Source: Candidatus Aldehydirespiratoraceae bacterium
GTDB lineage: Bacteria; Actinomycetota; Acidimicrobiia; Acidimicrobiales; Aldehydirespiratoraceae
Reading direction: 5' to 3'
NCBI GenBank assembly: GCA_047639555.1
Contig: JBLIOE010000019.1
Coordinates: 714 to 64,713 of the forward strand
Length of the DNA stretch: 64,000 nt
Part shown: piece by piece, positions 54,101 to 62,429 of the stretch
Layout: each line of letters begins with the position of its first letter
How positions within the stretch are numbered: the stretch's first letter is position 1
The notes under the pieces: model-generated
Databases searched by the model: none
Seen by the model: the letters and a program-made list of their open reading frames with translations, nothing else
What the model was told of the DNA's origin: nothing
Position numbers and translations under genes: made by a program

Positions 54101-55546
54101 ATGCGTCGGGTTCACATGCTGCTTCTGGGGATCATCATCCTCCTGGCCAGCGCGTGTCGTGTCGACACGACTGTCGACATCGTGGTCGACGAAAACGGCT
54201 CGGGGACAGTCACGGTGTTGGTGGTGGCGGATGCTGCCGCGGTAGCGCAGATCCCCGACGCCCCTGACGAACTCGAGTTCTCAGACCTCACGGATGCGGG
54301 CTGGGTGATCGACGGGCCAAACCTCGATACTTCCGGCTCGATGAGCATCTCCGCGAGAAAGGGCTTCGCCAACGCCGACGATTTGCCGGCGGTGCTGGCT
54401 GAAATCGCTGGCGAAGATGTCGTCTTCCAGGACGTCACCCTGGAGACGTCCCACACGTTTGACCGCATCGGTCTCAGCCCTGCGAAGACGAACTATCAGC
54501 TCAGCGGCATCCTTGATCCGGCGCCTGAGATCAGTGATTTCGCCGATGCGTTTCTCCCGGAGTCAATCAGCCTTCCGCAACAGGCGACCGACTTCGACGC
54601 CGATCTCTTGGTGCGAATCCGGCTTCCCGAGACGGAGTCTTCGACCACGGGTGAGGCCACGGGTGAGGCCATCGAGTTCCGAGCCGAATTCGGCGCCGAA
54701 CCGATCGAGCTCGATGCATCGTCCTCGACGGAAGACATTCTGCCGCAGGTCTGGGCGATCGTTGCCTTGCTCGCCCTGTTGATGTTCGCCGGCATCATTC
54801 TGGCTCGCCTCGCCGGTGTGGGTCTCGCGAAACTGCGTACACCGAAGGGACGCCGTCGACGTGATGTCCGCCGGCGTCAAAACCGGGCCGCCACCCGCGC
54901 CGAGGAAGCCAATCGTCCGCGCCGCCGCATGTTGCGGCTCCTCATCGTTGATGTGCACGGCGTCGTTGTGCGTCCGACTGATCCGCTGGAAGGGCTCCTG
55001 CTGCCGCTCATCACCGCGGAGCGGCCCGACGCCGACCCGGCGCAGATCCGCGGGCTGTACCGAAAACTGGTCCTCGGTCGAATGTCGGTCGAGGAGTTCT
55101 GGGCCGAGGTTGGCCTGGGTCCTGTCGCCGAGGAAGTCGAGACGAAGTACCTGTCGTCGTTCCGGCTTGTCCCCGGGTTGCATCCGTTCCTCGACCGGAT
55201 GGCTACCAGCCGACTGCCCGTCGCTGCGGTTGGTAACCAGCCGCAGGTTTGGGGTGACCGCCTCCGTCGAATGGCTGCACTCGATGATTCCGTCAGCTCG
55301 TGGATGGTGAGCGGCGATGTTGGCTCCACGCTGCCCGAGCCGGCCTTGTTCGAAGCCACTCGTCGAACGATGTCTGTCGATCTGTTCGACTGCTTCTATT
55401 TGTCGAACGTGCCGGAAAATCTCGACGCGGCGAAGAAGCTTGGACTGGCGACGGGCCTGTTCGTTGCGGGCAATGAAGCGGCCCCGGACACCGATCACAC
55501 GGTTGTTCGAGGCTTCGAAGACCTGCTGCGTAGTCGCGGCAGCTGA
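54101..55546 (+). CDS. Lipoprotein with extracytoplasmic domain, one TM, basic linker and a cytoplasmic HAD-like domain carrying substituted catalytic residues
   Basis: The ATG at 54101 gives MRRVHMLLLGIIILLASAC (lipobox LASAC). TM VWAIVALLALLMFAGIILARLAGVGL. Linker KLRTPKGRRRRDVRRRQNR. HAD-like motifs LLIVDVHGVV (DxH rather than DxD), SGDVGSTLPEP, and YLSNVPENL (N in place of D). Confidence 0.65.
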   Translation: MRRVHMLLLGIIILLASACRVDTTVDIVVDENGSGTVTVLVVADAAAVAQIPDAPDELEFSDLTDAGWVIDGPNLDTSGSMSISARKGFANADDLPAVLAEIAGEDVVFQDVTLETSHTFDRIGLSPAKTNYQLSGILDPAPEISDFADAFLPESISLPQQATDFDADLLVRIRLPETESSTTGEATGEAIEFRAEFGAEPIELDASSSTEDILPQVWAIVALLALLMFAGIILARLAGVGLAKLRTPKGRRRRDVRRRQNRAATRAEEANRPRRRMLRLLIVDVHGVVVRPTDPLEGLLLPLITAERPDADPAQIRGLYRKLVLGRMSVEEFWAEVGLGPVAEEVETKYLSSFRLVPGLHPFLDRMATSRLPVAAVGNQPQVWGDRLRRMAALDDSVSSWMVSGDVGSTLPEPALFEATRRTMSVDLFDCFYLSNVPENLDAAKKLGLATGLFVAGNEAAPDTDHTVVRGFEDLLRSRGS

Positions 55547-55589
55547 CAGCCTCGCCGGGGCTGTCACACCGGCGTTCTAGGGTGCCTCT

Positions 55590-56945
55590 ATGGCAAGAAC
55601 CCGCACCGTTCATCGCTGCACCTCGTGTGGTGCGGGGGCCCCAAAGTGGGCGGGCCGTTGTGATGGCTGCGGCGAGTGGAACACACTCGTCGAAGAGCTC
55701 GATGTCCGCGAGGCACCGCTGTCGGTCGTCGGTCGATCGAGTGTTGCCCTCCCGATCGCGGACGTCGCCGACGAATCGGCCATGCTCCGTTCCACCGGGC
55801 TCACCGAAGTCGACCGTGTGCTCGGGGGCGGTTTGGTTCCGGGCTCTGTCACGCTGGTCGGCGGCGAACCCGGTATTGGCAAGTCCACCCTTCTCTTGCA
55901 GCTGGCGGGTTCCGTTGCGGCTGCAGGCCAGAAGGCGCTCTATATCTCAGGCGAGGAATCCGCATCGCAGGTACGAGGCCGCGCCGCTCGGCTCAACGCG
56001 ATTCACGACGACCTTTGGTTGGTCGGCGAGACCGTCCTTCCCTACGTGCTTGGTCATCTCGACGAGGTCAAACCCGACGTGGTGGTGATCGACTCAGTGC
56101 AGACCATGGTGAATCCCGATCTCACTTCTGCTCCTGGTTCGGTCGCGCAGGTTCGCGAGTGTGCTCATGCTCTGGTGCAGGAAGCGAAGCGTCGGGGTAT
56201 CGCCTTGCTGCTGGTCGGCCACGTCACCAAGGAAGGCACGCTGGCCGGGCCCCGGGTGCTCGAGCATGTTGTCGACACCGTGCTCGAGTTCGATGGCGAC
56301 CGTCAGCACGGTCTGCGTCTTCTGCGGGCGTCGAAGCACCGGTACGGGCCCACCTCCGAGGTCGGCCTGCTACAGATGGATGAAAGCGGCTTGACGCCGG
56401 TCGACGACCCCAGTGGCCTCTTCTTGGCCGACCGAGTCACGGGCATCTCTGGCTCCGCGGTAGTGCCGACAGTCGATGGAAATCGGCCACTGCTCGTCGA
56501 AGTGCAGGCGCTGGTCGCCCCCTCCCAGTTGGCAACGCCACGTCGGAGTGCGCAGGGCTTCGATCATGGCCGGCTCTCGATGTTGCTCGCGGTACTCGAA
56601 CGCCGAGTCGGTCTGCCCCTTTCCAACGCCGAGGTCTATGCGCTGGCCGTTGGCGGGGCCCGCGTCTTCGATCCGGGGGCCGATGCCGCGGTTGCGCTGG
56701 CGGTCGCATCGTCACTCACCGGCCATCCGTTGGCCGACGATCTCGTCGTTGTTGGCGAGGTTGGGCTTGGCGGCGAGTTACGCCATGTCAGCCACATCAA
56801 TCGTCGACTTGGCGAGGCCGCGCGGATGGGGTTCCGGCGCGCCATCGTGCCGCACGCCACCACCGATGCACCCGACGGGCTGCAGATTCTGCGAGCGCCC
56901 ACCCTTGCCGCAGCGGTACAACTGGCCGACGTCGGACCTTCTTAG
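55590..56945 (+). CDS. radA: DNA repair protein RadA/Sms
   Basis: CTSCGAGAPKWAGRCDGCGEWNT zinc finger, GGEPGIGKSTLLLQ, KNRFG-equivalent SKHRYGP, Lon-like C-terminal domain. Confidence 0.95.
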   Translation: MARTRTVHRCTSCGAGAPKWAGRCDGCGEWNTLVEELDVREAPLSVVGRSSVALPIADVADESAMLRSTGLTEVDRVLGGGLVPGSVTLVGGEPGIGKSTLLLQLAGSVAAAGQKALYISGEESASQVRGRAARLNAIHDDLWLVGETVLPYVLGHLDEVKPDVVVIDSVQTMVNPDLTSAPGSVAQVRECAHALVQEAKRRGIALLLVGHVTKEGTLAGPRVLEHVVDTVLEFDGDRQHGLRLLRASKHRYGPTSEVGLLQMDESGLTPVDDPSGLFLADRVTGISGSAVVPTVDGNRPLLVEVQALVAPSQLATPRRSAQGFDHGRLSMLLAVLERRVGLPLSNAEVYALAVGGARVFDPGADAAVALAVASSLTGHPLADDLVVVGEVGLGGELRHVSHINRRLGEAARMGFRRAIVPHATTDAPDGLQILRAPTLAAAVQLADVGPS

Positions 56946-56958
56946 CGATGATGGCCTA

Positions 56959-57606
56959 ATGCGCATCACTCTTCCGTCTGGCACAGAGGCCGAAGTCGTC
57001 GGCGAATCCCGCGAACGCGGCCTGGTTCTCGTTCCCGACATCATGGGATTACGCCCGCTCTTTTGTGACATGGCGGCGATGCTGGCCGAGCAGTGGCAGT
57101 GCCGGGTTGTCGCCCCCGACCTGTATCCCGGCCAATCCCACCTCGATCTCGAAGGTCGCCACGATGCCGCGTCGGCGCTGGTCGACGCCGAGGTTCTCGG
57201 TGACATGACCGCGGCCGCCGACGCCACGGGCGCCGATGTTGTCGGTGCGATCGGCTTTTGTATGGGCGGCATGTATGTCAACAAGGCCGTGTCCACCGGC
57301 CGCTTTCACCGGCTCGCGTCGTTCTACGGAATGATCAACATCCCTGAGCGTTGGGAAGGCCCTGGGCAGGTTGGTCCGCTCGACCATCTCGCCCAGGGCG
57401 ATCCCGGTCGGCTGCTGGCGGTCATTGGATCCGTTGATCCGTACACCCGGCCCGAAGAGGTCGAGACCCTGGGAGGCACCGGTGCCCACATCGCGGCCTA
57501 CGAGGGTGCCGGGCATGGCTTTGTCCACGATCCGACGCGGCCCGCGTATCGCGCCGACGACGCGACGGATGCTTGGGCGGGCGTGAAAACGTGGCTCTGG
57601 AGTTAG
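56959..57606 (+). CDS. Dienelactone hydrolase family protein
   Basis: GAIGFCMGG (nucleophile Cys motif) and GAGHGF. ATG at 56959; the upstream part of the track ORF overlaps radA. Confidence 0.8.
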   Translation: MRITLPSGTEAEVVGESRERGLVLVPDIMGLRPLFCDMAAMLAEQWQCRVVAPDLYPGQSHLDLEGRHDAASALVDAEVLGDMTAAADATGADVVGAIGFCMGGMYVNKAVSTGRFHRLASFYGMINIPERWEGPGQVGPLDHLAQGDPGRLLAVIGSVDPYTRPEEVETLGGTGAHIAAYEGAGHGFVHDPTRPAYRADDATDAWAGVKTWLWS

Positions 57607-57618
57607 TGCTCGGTTGCC

Positions 57619-58278
57619 TTAACGCGAACGGATCGAGAGCTGTTCGCGGTTGGTAATGATGTAACGACGGTCGGACTGATCGAGCCAGCCGAGCTTCACG
57701 AACGAGGCAATCGCCTTGTTCACCCTCTCGCGGCTCGCGCCCACCATGCCCGCCAACTCTTCCTGTGTGATTGGGAGGGTGAACTCGTCGTTGTCCCCCG
57801 CGAGTTCGAGGAGTCGCTTGGCCGTGCGGCCCGTGACATCGAGGAACACGCTGTCGGCGAGGGTCTCGTCCATCGACCGCAACCGTGAGGCGAGGAGCTT
57901 TACGACATTCCACAACTCGGCGGGTTCGTTCTCGTAGAGGGTTCGCACCGGACCGTAAGGAATAGCGATGACGCCCGAGGGTTCGAGTGCTCGGGCCTCG
58001 GCCGACCGGCCGAGGCCGTCGAAGAGCGGCATCTCGCCGAAGAGGTCGCCGGCCTCCATAAGCGCCACTACAGACTCGCGGCCGTCGATCGATTTGTTGG
58101 CGATCGCAATCCGACCCGACGTGACGATATAGATCTGATCGGGGTCTTGACCCTCGGTGAACAGAACGTCGCCGCGGCGTAGTTGTTGTTCCGTAGCGGC
58201 ATCGGCGATTGTGGTGAGGTGTTCGTCGGCAACGTCGGCAAAGAGCAACGTCGCCCGGAGAGTGCTGGTATCAGGCAT
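57619..58278 (-). CDS. crp: Crp/Fnr family transcriptional regulator (cAMP receptor protein-like)
   Basis: cNMP domain (LFTEGQDPDQIYIVTSGRIAI...GDLFGEMPLFD) and HTH TQEELAGMVGASRERVNKAIASF. Start MPDTST at 58278. Confidence 0.85.
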   Translation of the reverse strand: MPDTSTLRATLLFADVADEHLTTIADAATEQQLRRGDVLFTEGQDPDQIYIVTSGRIAIANKSIDGRESVVALMEAGDLFGEMPLFDGLGRSAEARALEPSGVIAIPYGPVRTLYENEPAELWNVVKLLASRLRSMDETLADSVFLDVTGRTAKRLLELAGDNDEFTLPITQEELAGMVGASRERVNKAIASFVKLGWLDQSDRRYIITNREQLSIRSR

Positions 58279-58332
58279 GAGCGAGCACCACACTAGTGAT
58301 GTGACCTCACCCCGTGCAGCCAAGCCGATTCC

Positions 58333-59013
58333 ATGAGCGGCGATTCGACCAGCGGCGACGCCGGGATCGTCTGGACAATTGTTGTTGCCGCGGGGTCGGG
58401 CTCTCGATTCGGCGCGCCCAAACAGTTCCTCGATCTCGGCGGCGTAAGTGTTCTCGACCGATCGATCGCAACTGCTGCTCGCCACAGTGCGGGCGTCGTC
58501 GTGGTGATGCCGGCTGACCCGGTTGCCGGCGTGGTGTCGCCGACTACGTCCGTCGCGTTGGTCGTCGTTGCCGGTGGCGCGACACGAACCGAGTCGGTGC
58601 GCAACGGCCTCGCCGCGGTGCCGTCTGATGCCGCGATCGTGTTGGTGCACGACGCGGCCCGACCGCTCGCCAGCGATCGGATCTACGAATCGGTGATTGC
58701 GGCGGTGAGCGATGGCGCCGATGCGGCAACACCAGCGGTGCCGGTGGCCGACACACTTCGGCGTCGCGGAGGTGGTGTGGTCGACCGTGATGGTGTGGTC
58801 GCCGTGCAGACGCCGCAGGGCTTCGCGGCGCCTGCGCTACGCGCCGCGCATGCGTCGGGGAAAGAAGCCACCGACGACGTGACCGTTGTCGAGGCTGACG
58901 GTGGCACAGTGGTTCTTGTGGATGGCGACCGACGCAACCTCAAGCTCACCACTCCGCTCGATCTCGTGATCGCCGCGGCGCTGATTGTCGCGCTCGACAA
59001 GGATTCACTGTGA
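58333..59013 (+). CDS. ispD: 2-C-methyl-D-erythritol 4-phosphate cytidylyltransferase
   Basis: VVAAGSGSRFGAPKQFL, VHDAARP, VQTPQGF. Confidence 0.9.
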   Translation: MSGDSTSGDAGIVWTIVVAAGSGSRFGAPKQFLDLGGVSVLDRSIATAARHSAGVVVVMPADPVAGVVSPTTSVALVVVAGGATRTESVRNGLAAVPSDAAIVLVHDAARPLASDRIYESVIAAVSDGADAATPAVPVADTLRRRGGGVVDRDGVVAVQTPQGFAAPALRAAHASGKEATDDVTVVEADGGTVVLVDGDRRNLKLTTPLDLVIAAALIVALDKDSL

Positions 59014-59504
59014 GCGCCGGCACCGAAGAGATCCCGTTCCGGGTCGGACAAAGTTTTGATGTGCACGCCCGCTCCGATGACCCCTCGCGCCGGTTGGTGC
59101 TGGGCGGCGTTGCGTTCGATGGCGAACCCGGCCTGGCCGGTCATAGCGATGCCGATGTGGTTGCCCACGCGTGTATTGATGCACTTCTTGGGGCCGCGGG
59201 ACTTGGCGACATCGGCCAGATGTTCCCCGACACCGATTCCTCACTTGAGGGTGCCGACAGCATCGAACTGCTCCGCCGAGCAGCGGTTGCCGTGCGCGAA
59301 GCTGGTTGGCGGCCCGGAAATATCGACTGTTCGGTCGTTCTCGACCGACCAAAGCTGGCGCCTGTGAAGGCCCAAATGGAGTCCAACTTGAGTACGGCAG
59401 CAGGAGCGCCCGTCTCCGTTACGGGACGACGTAGTGAAGGCGTCGGCGCGCTTGGCCGAGGCGAGGGCATTGTGGCGTGGGCTGTGGCCCTGGTGGCGCG
59501 ATGA
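59010..59504 (+). CDS. ispF: 2-C-methyl-D-erythritol 2,4-cyclodiphosphate synthase
   Basis: FRVGQSFDVHA, GHSDADVVAHA, GDIGQMFPDTD. GTGA overlap with ispD. Confidence 0.9.
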   Translation: MSAGTEEIPFRVGQSFDVHARSDDPSRRLVLGGVAFDGEPGLAGHSDADVVAHACIDALLGAAGLGDIGQMFPDTDSSLEGADSIELLRRAAVAVREAGWRPGNIDCSVVLDRPKLAPVKAQMESNLSTAAGAPVSVTGRRSEGVGALGRGEGIVAWAVALVAR

Positions 59505-60571
59505 GTCGCGGCGGACAGGCAGGCGGCGCCCGGGGAAAGGGTGGCCCGCGTAAGGCCGCCGGCAAGGGTTCAGCCGGAAAAGGGTCGGGCGGCCGTGGTT
59601 CGACAGGTAGCGGTTCGACCGGCCGGGGTTCGACAGGTAGCGGTTCGGGCGGCAAGGGGGCGGCGGGCAAGGGCCCTCGCAGTGCAAAGTCTGAAGGCCG
59701 CGGCAAGGGGCAGCCGAGGAATCCTCGACCCCGTTCGGGTCAAGGCGGTCGGAGTCGCGAAGGGCAGCGAGGGACCACCCCGCTCCGCGAACTCGACGGA
59801 GCGAGCCGTGGCGAATCACTCGGCGGCGATCAGGTCGAAGGGCGACACGCGGTTCGCGAGCTGCTTATTGCGGGCACCCGACGAACCCGCGAGGTGGTGC
59901 TGGCCGGCGATCTCGACTCGGCCGACATCCTCGACGAGATCATCGACCTCGCTGACGAGCTGAAGGTCACTATCACCGAGATCAGTCGGAGCAAGTTCGA
60001 ATCGATGACGCGGACTGAGGCGAGCCAGGGTGTGCTCGCGTTGGCCCAACCGCTTCAGCCAGTTGCGCTCGGCACATTGCTCGAGCCTGACTTCGATGGC
60101 ACGCCCCCGTTCCTGATCATGCTCGACGGCATTACCGACCCCGGCAATCTCGGAGCGATCCTTCGCACCGCGGAGTGTGCCGGCGTCACCGGCGTGATCC
60201 TGCCGCGTCATCGGGCCGCCCACATCACACCAACGGTCGCGAAGGCGGCGGCGGGCGCAGTCGAGCATCTGCAGATGGCGCTCGTGCCGGGCCTCCCTAC
60301 GGCGATGGGCACGCTGAAGAGCGCGGGTGTCTGGACCGTCGGCCTCGACGCCGGCGGCGACCAGTCGATTCACGACCTCGCGGTAGCCGAGGAGCCTGTC
60401 GCTCTGGTGTTGGGTGCGGAAGGCCCGGGTCTTTCTCGGCTCGTGCGAGAGCGTTGTGACACCGTTGCGTCAATTCCGCTTCTTGGTGTGCTCGACTCGC
60501 TCAACGTGTCGGCTGCGGCCGCGGTCGCATGTTTTGAAGTGGCCCGACGCCGGGCGCAGAAGGCGAGCTAA
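59501..60571 (+). CDS. rlmB: 23S rRNA (guanosine-2'-O)-methyltransferase RlmB (SpoU/TrmH) with ~115-aa Gly/Ser/Lys/Arg-rich N-terminal extension
   Basis: VEGRHAVRELL, LDGITDPGNLGAILRTAE, LVLGAEGPGLS, SLNVSAAAAV. ATGA overlap with ispF. Confidence 0.85.
   Translation: MSRGGQAGGARGKGGPRKAAGKGSAGKGSGGRGSTGSGSTGRGSTGSGSGGKGAAGKGPRSAKSEGRGKGQPRNPRPRSGQGGRSREGQRGTTPLRELDGASRGESLGGDQVEGRHAVRELLIAGTRRTREVVLAGDLDSADILDEIIDLADELKVTITEISRSKFESMTRTEASQGVLALAQPLQPVALGTLLEPDFDGTPPFLIMLDGITDPGNLGAILRTAECAGVTGVILPRHRAAHITPTVAKAAAGAVEHLQMALVPGLPTAMGTLKSAGVWTVGLDAGGDQSIHDLAVAEEPVALVLGAEGPGLSRLVRERCDTVASIPLLGVLDSLNVSAAAAVACFEVARRRAQKAS
59597..59656 (+). repeat. 30-bp tandem duplication inside the rlmB N-terminal low-complexity region
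   Basis: ggttcgacaggtagcggttcgaccggccgg / ggttcgacaggtagcggttcgggcggcaag encode GSTGSGSTGR / GSTGSGSGGK. Confidence 0.9.
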
Positions 60572-60592
60572 GCGGCAACGTCGATTTTAGGG

Positions 60593-60668
60593 TGGAGCCC
60601 GAGAGGAGAATTGAACTCCTGACCTGCTGTTTACAAGACAGCTGCTCTACCAACTGAGCTACTCGGGC
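60593..60668 (-). tRNA. tRNA-Thr (anticodon UGU), CCA encoded
   Basis: The reverse complement is GCCCGAGTAGCTCAGTTGGTAGAGCAGCTGTCTTGTAAACAGCAGGTCAGGAGTTCAATTCTCCTCTCGGGCTCCA. Anticodon loop CTTGTAA. The acceptor and D arms are identical to the tRNA-Thr(CGU) at 32991. Confidence 0.9.
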
Positions 60669-60732
60669 GGGTCTAGACAGCGTAGAGCGTGCCCGGCTCC
60701 ACCCACGCCCTTGTTTCTGCAAGGCTGGGGGA

Positions 60733-60993
60733 ATGGAGCTCACCGACGACGATCGCACCATCCTCGAAATCGAACGTTCGTGGTGGACTGAGCCTGGTCC
60801 CAAAGACGAAGCGATTGCCGGGCAGCTACAAATTTCTACGACGCACTACTACGAGTTGCTCAATGAGCTCATCGATCGTCCCGAGGCCGAGGCGCACGAT
60901 CCGCTTGTGGTTCGTAGGCTGCGTCGAATGCGGGACCGGCGTCGCCAGTCCCGAGCCGAGCATGTCGGCGCAACCAGCGAGGAGCTCAGCTGA
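60733..60993 (+). CDS. DUF3263-like small protein
   Basis: ILEIERSWWTEPGPKDEAIAGQLQISTTHYYELLNELIDRPEAEAHDPLVVRRLRRMR matches the actinobacterial DUF3263 pattern that precedes LytR_C genes. Confidence 0.7.
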   Translation: MELTDDDRTILEIERSWWTEPGPKDEAIAGQLQISTTHYYELLNELIDRPEAEAHDPLVVRRLRRMRDRRRQSRAEHVGATSEELS

Positions 60994-61628
60994 TGACTGC
61001 ACCCGGGCGCTATGCCGCTTCTGACGGATCGTTTGCAAAGTCCACAGGAAACGCGGCCGCACGCGGCGCTATCCTGATTGGCATTGCCGTGCTGATCGGC
61101 TTCTTGCTGCTCGCCAAGGCCTTCGACGGCGGCGACGCCGATGCGGTTCTTCCGGCCGTCGATGACCCCGCCGGCGAGACGCCAGTTGTCGACACGGGTG
61201 AGACGCCGGTGGTCGAGACGGGTGAGACACCGGTAGTCGAGACGGGTGAGACACCGGTGGTCGACACGCCGTCCGACACCGCAACTGTGGTCGATGCTCC
61301 AGGATTGGTTGAAGTCGCAGTGCTCAACGGATCTGGCGTGTCTGGTCAGGCCGGTGACCGCGCCGGTGCCCTCGGCACCGCTGGATATGTCAACACTGCG
61401 GGCAACGCGGCGAGCAACGCGACCGAAGCGAGCACCGTGTACTACAAGGCGGGCTACGCCGATGAGGCCAAGCTCGTCGCCGATGCACTCGCCGGCGCGG
61501 CCGGCGGTGCGGGAGTAATTGAGCCGGCGCCCGCCGACGTCACTGCGCTCGCCGACGCGGGTGATGCGGACAAGGTTGAGTCCGCCAACATCATCGTGGT
61601 GCTGGGCACCGACGGCGTGCTCGCTTAG
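60993..61628 (+). CDS. LytR_C domain membrane-anchored protein with GETPVV(D/E)T repeats
   Basis: N-terminal TM ILIGIAVLIGFLLLA. C-terminal VEVAVLNGSGVSGQAGDRAGALGTAGY...VYYKAGYADEAKLVA...IIVVLG is LytR_C. Confidence 0.75.
   Translation: MTAPGRYAASDGSFAKSTGNAAARGAILIGIAVLIGFLLLAKAFDGGDADAVLPAVDDPAGETPVVDTGETPVVETGETPVVETGETPVVDTPSDTATVVDAPGLVEVAVLNGSGVSGQAGDRAGALGTAGYVNTAGNAASNATEASTVYYKAGYADEAKLVADALAGAAGGAGVIEPAPADVTALADAGDADKVESANIIVVLGTDGVLA
61173..61268 (+). repeat. 24-bp tandem repeat x4 encoding GETPVV(D/E)T
   Basis: Units start at 61173, 61197, 61221 and 61245, with a few synonymous or conservative differences. Confidence 0.9.
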
Positions 61629-61634
61629 TTCCTC

Positions 61635-62414
61635 GTGGCGCATAATCCGCTCGACCCGTTCGGGCGGGCGCCGCAGAGAGCCGGACTCTTTCTGGACTTC
61701 GACGGCGTCCTCGCCGACATTGTTCCGGACCCCAACGCGGCCCGGATTCGTGTGGGCGTCGCCGACCTGCTCATTGAGCTGAGCGAACGACTGGGCCGCG
61801 TGGCCGTCATTTCGGGGAGACCGGTCAGCTACATCGGTGCCATGGTGCCGACGCCGGTCGACATTGTGGGTCTCTACGGCCTCGAATGGCGTTCGCGGGG
61901 AGTTCATCACACCCTCCACGAGGCTGAGTTCTATCGGGCAACCGTGCGCGACCTGGTCGAGGAGGCCACTCACACCTTTGGTGCCGCCGTGGTCGAACCC
62001 AAAGGTCTTTCGCTCACGATCCACTATCGAAGCGATGCCGACCTGGCGCCACCGATGCGGCAATGGGTTGCGGATAAGGCTGAGCAGACGGGGATGGAAC
62101 CGCGGCCGGCGAAGCACTCGTTTGAGCTTCATCCGCCGATCAAGCGCGACAAGGGCACGGCCCTCGTCGAGCTGGCGGAAGACCTCGACCCCGTCGCCTA
62201 TCTCGGCGATGATCTCGGCGACCTTCCGGCGTTCGACGGTCTTGACCAACTCGCCCGCCACGGCGTAGCGACGCTGCGAGTAGCCGTCGACTCGGCGGAA
62301 GCGCCGCCGATTCTTCGGAGCCGAGCAGACTTGGTGGTCGATGGTCCGGCTGGTGCGGAGGAATTGCTGCGCCAGATCCTGGCCGCCGCGATCTCGGCGA
62401 CGGGCGCGGACTGA
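61635..62414 (+). CDS. otsB: Trehalose-6-phosphate phosphatase
   Basis: LFLDFDGVLADIV (DxDG), VAVISGRP, YLGDDLGD. GTG start. Confidence 0.85.
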   Translation: MAHNPLDPFGRAPQRAGLFLDFDGVLADIVPDPNAARIRVGVADLLIELSERLGRVAVISGRPVSYIGAMVPTPVDIVGLYGLEWRSRGVHHTLHEAEFYRATVRDLVEEATHTFGAAVVEPKGLSLTIHYRSDADLAPPMRQWVADKAEQTGMEPRPAKHSFELHPPIKRDKGTALVELAEDLDPVAYLGDDLGDLPAFDGLDQLARHGVATLRVAVDSAEAPPILRSRADLVVDGPAGAEELLRQILAAAISATGAD

Positions 62415-62429
62415 GCAGGTAAGTGCTGG

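Noticed and set aside
58296-58310. CRP-like palindrome GTGA-N7-TCAC in the crp/ispD divergent region
   Set aside because: The spacing is 7 nt rather than the strict 6 nt of TGTGA-N6-TCACA, and the flanking T/A of the consensus are missing.
60849-62261. 470-aa minus-strand ORF antisense to the DUF3263, LytR_C and otsB genes
   Set aside because: It has no recognisable domains, while the opposite-strand genes carry clear family signatures. It is a shadow ORF.
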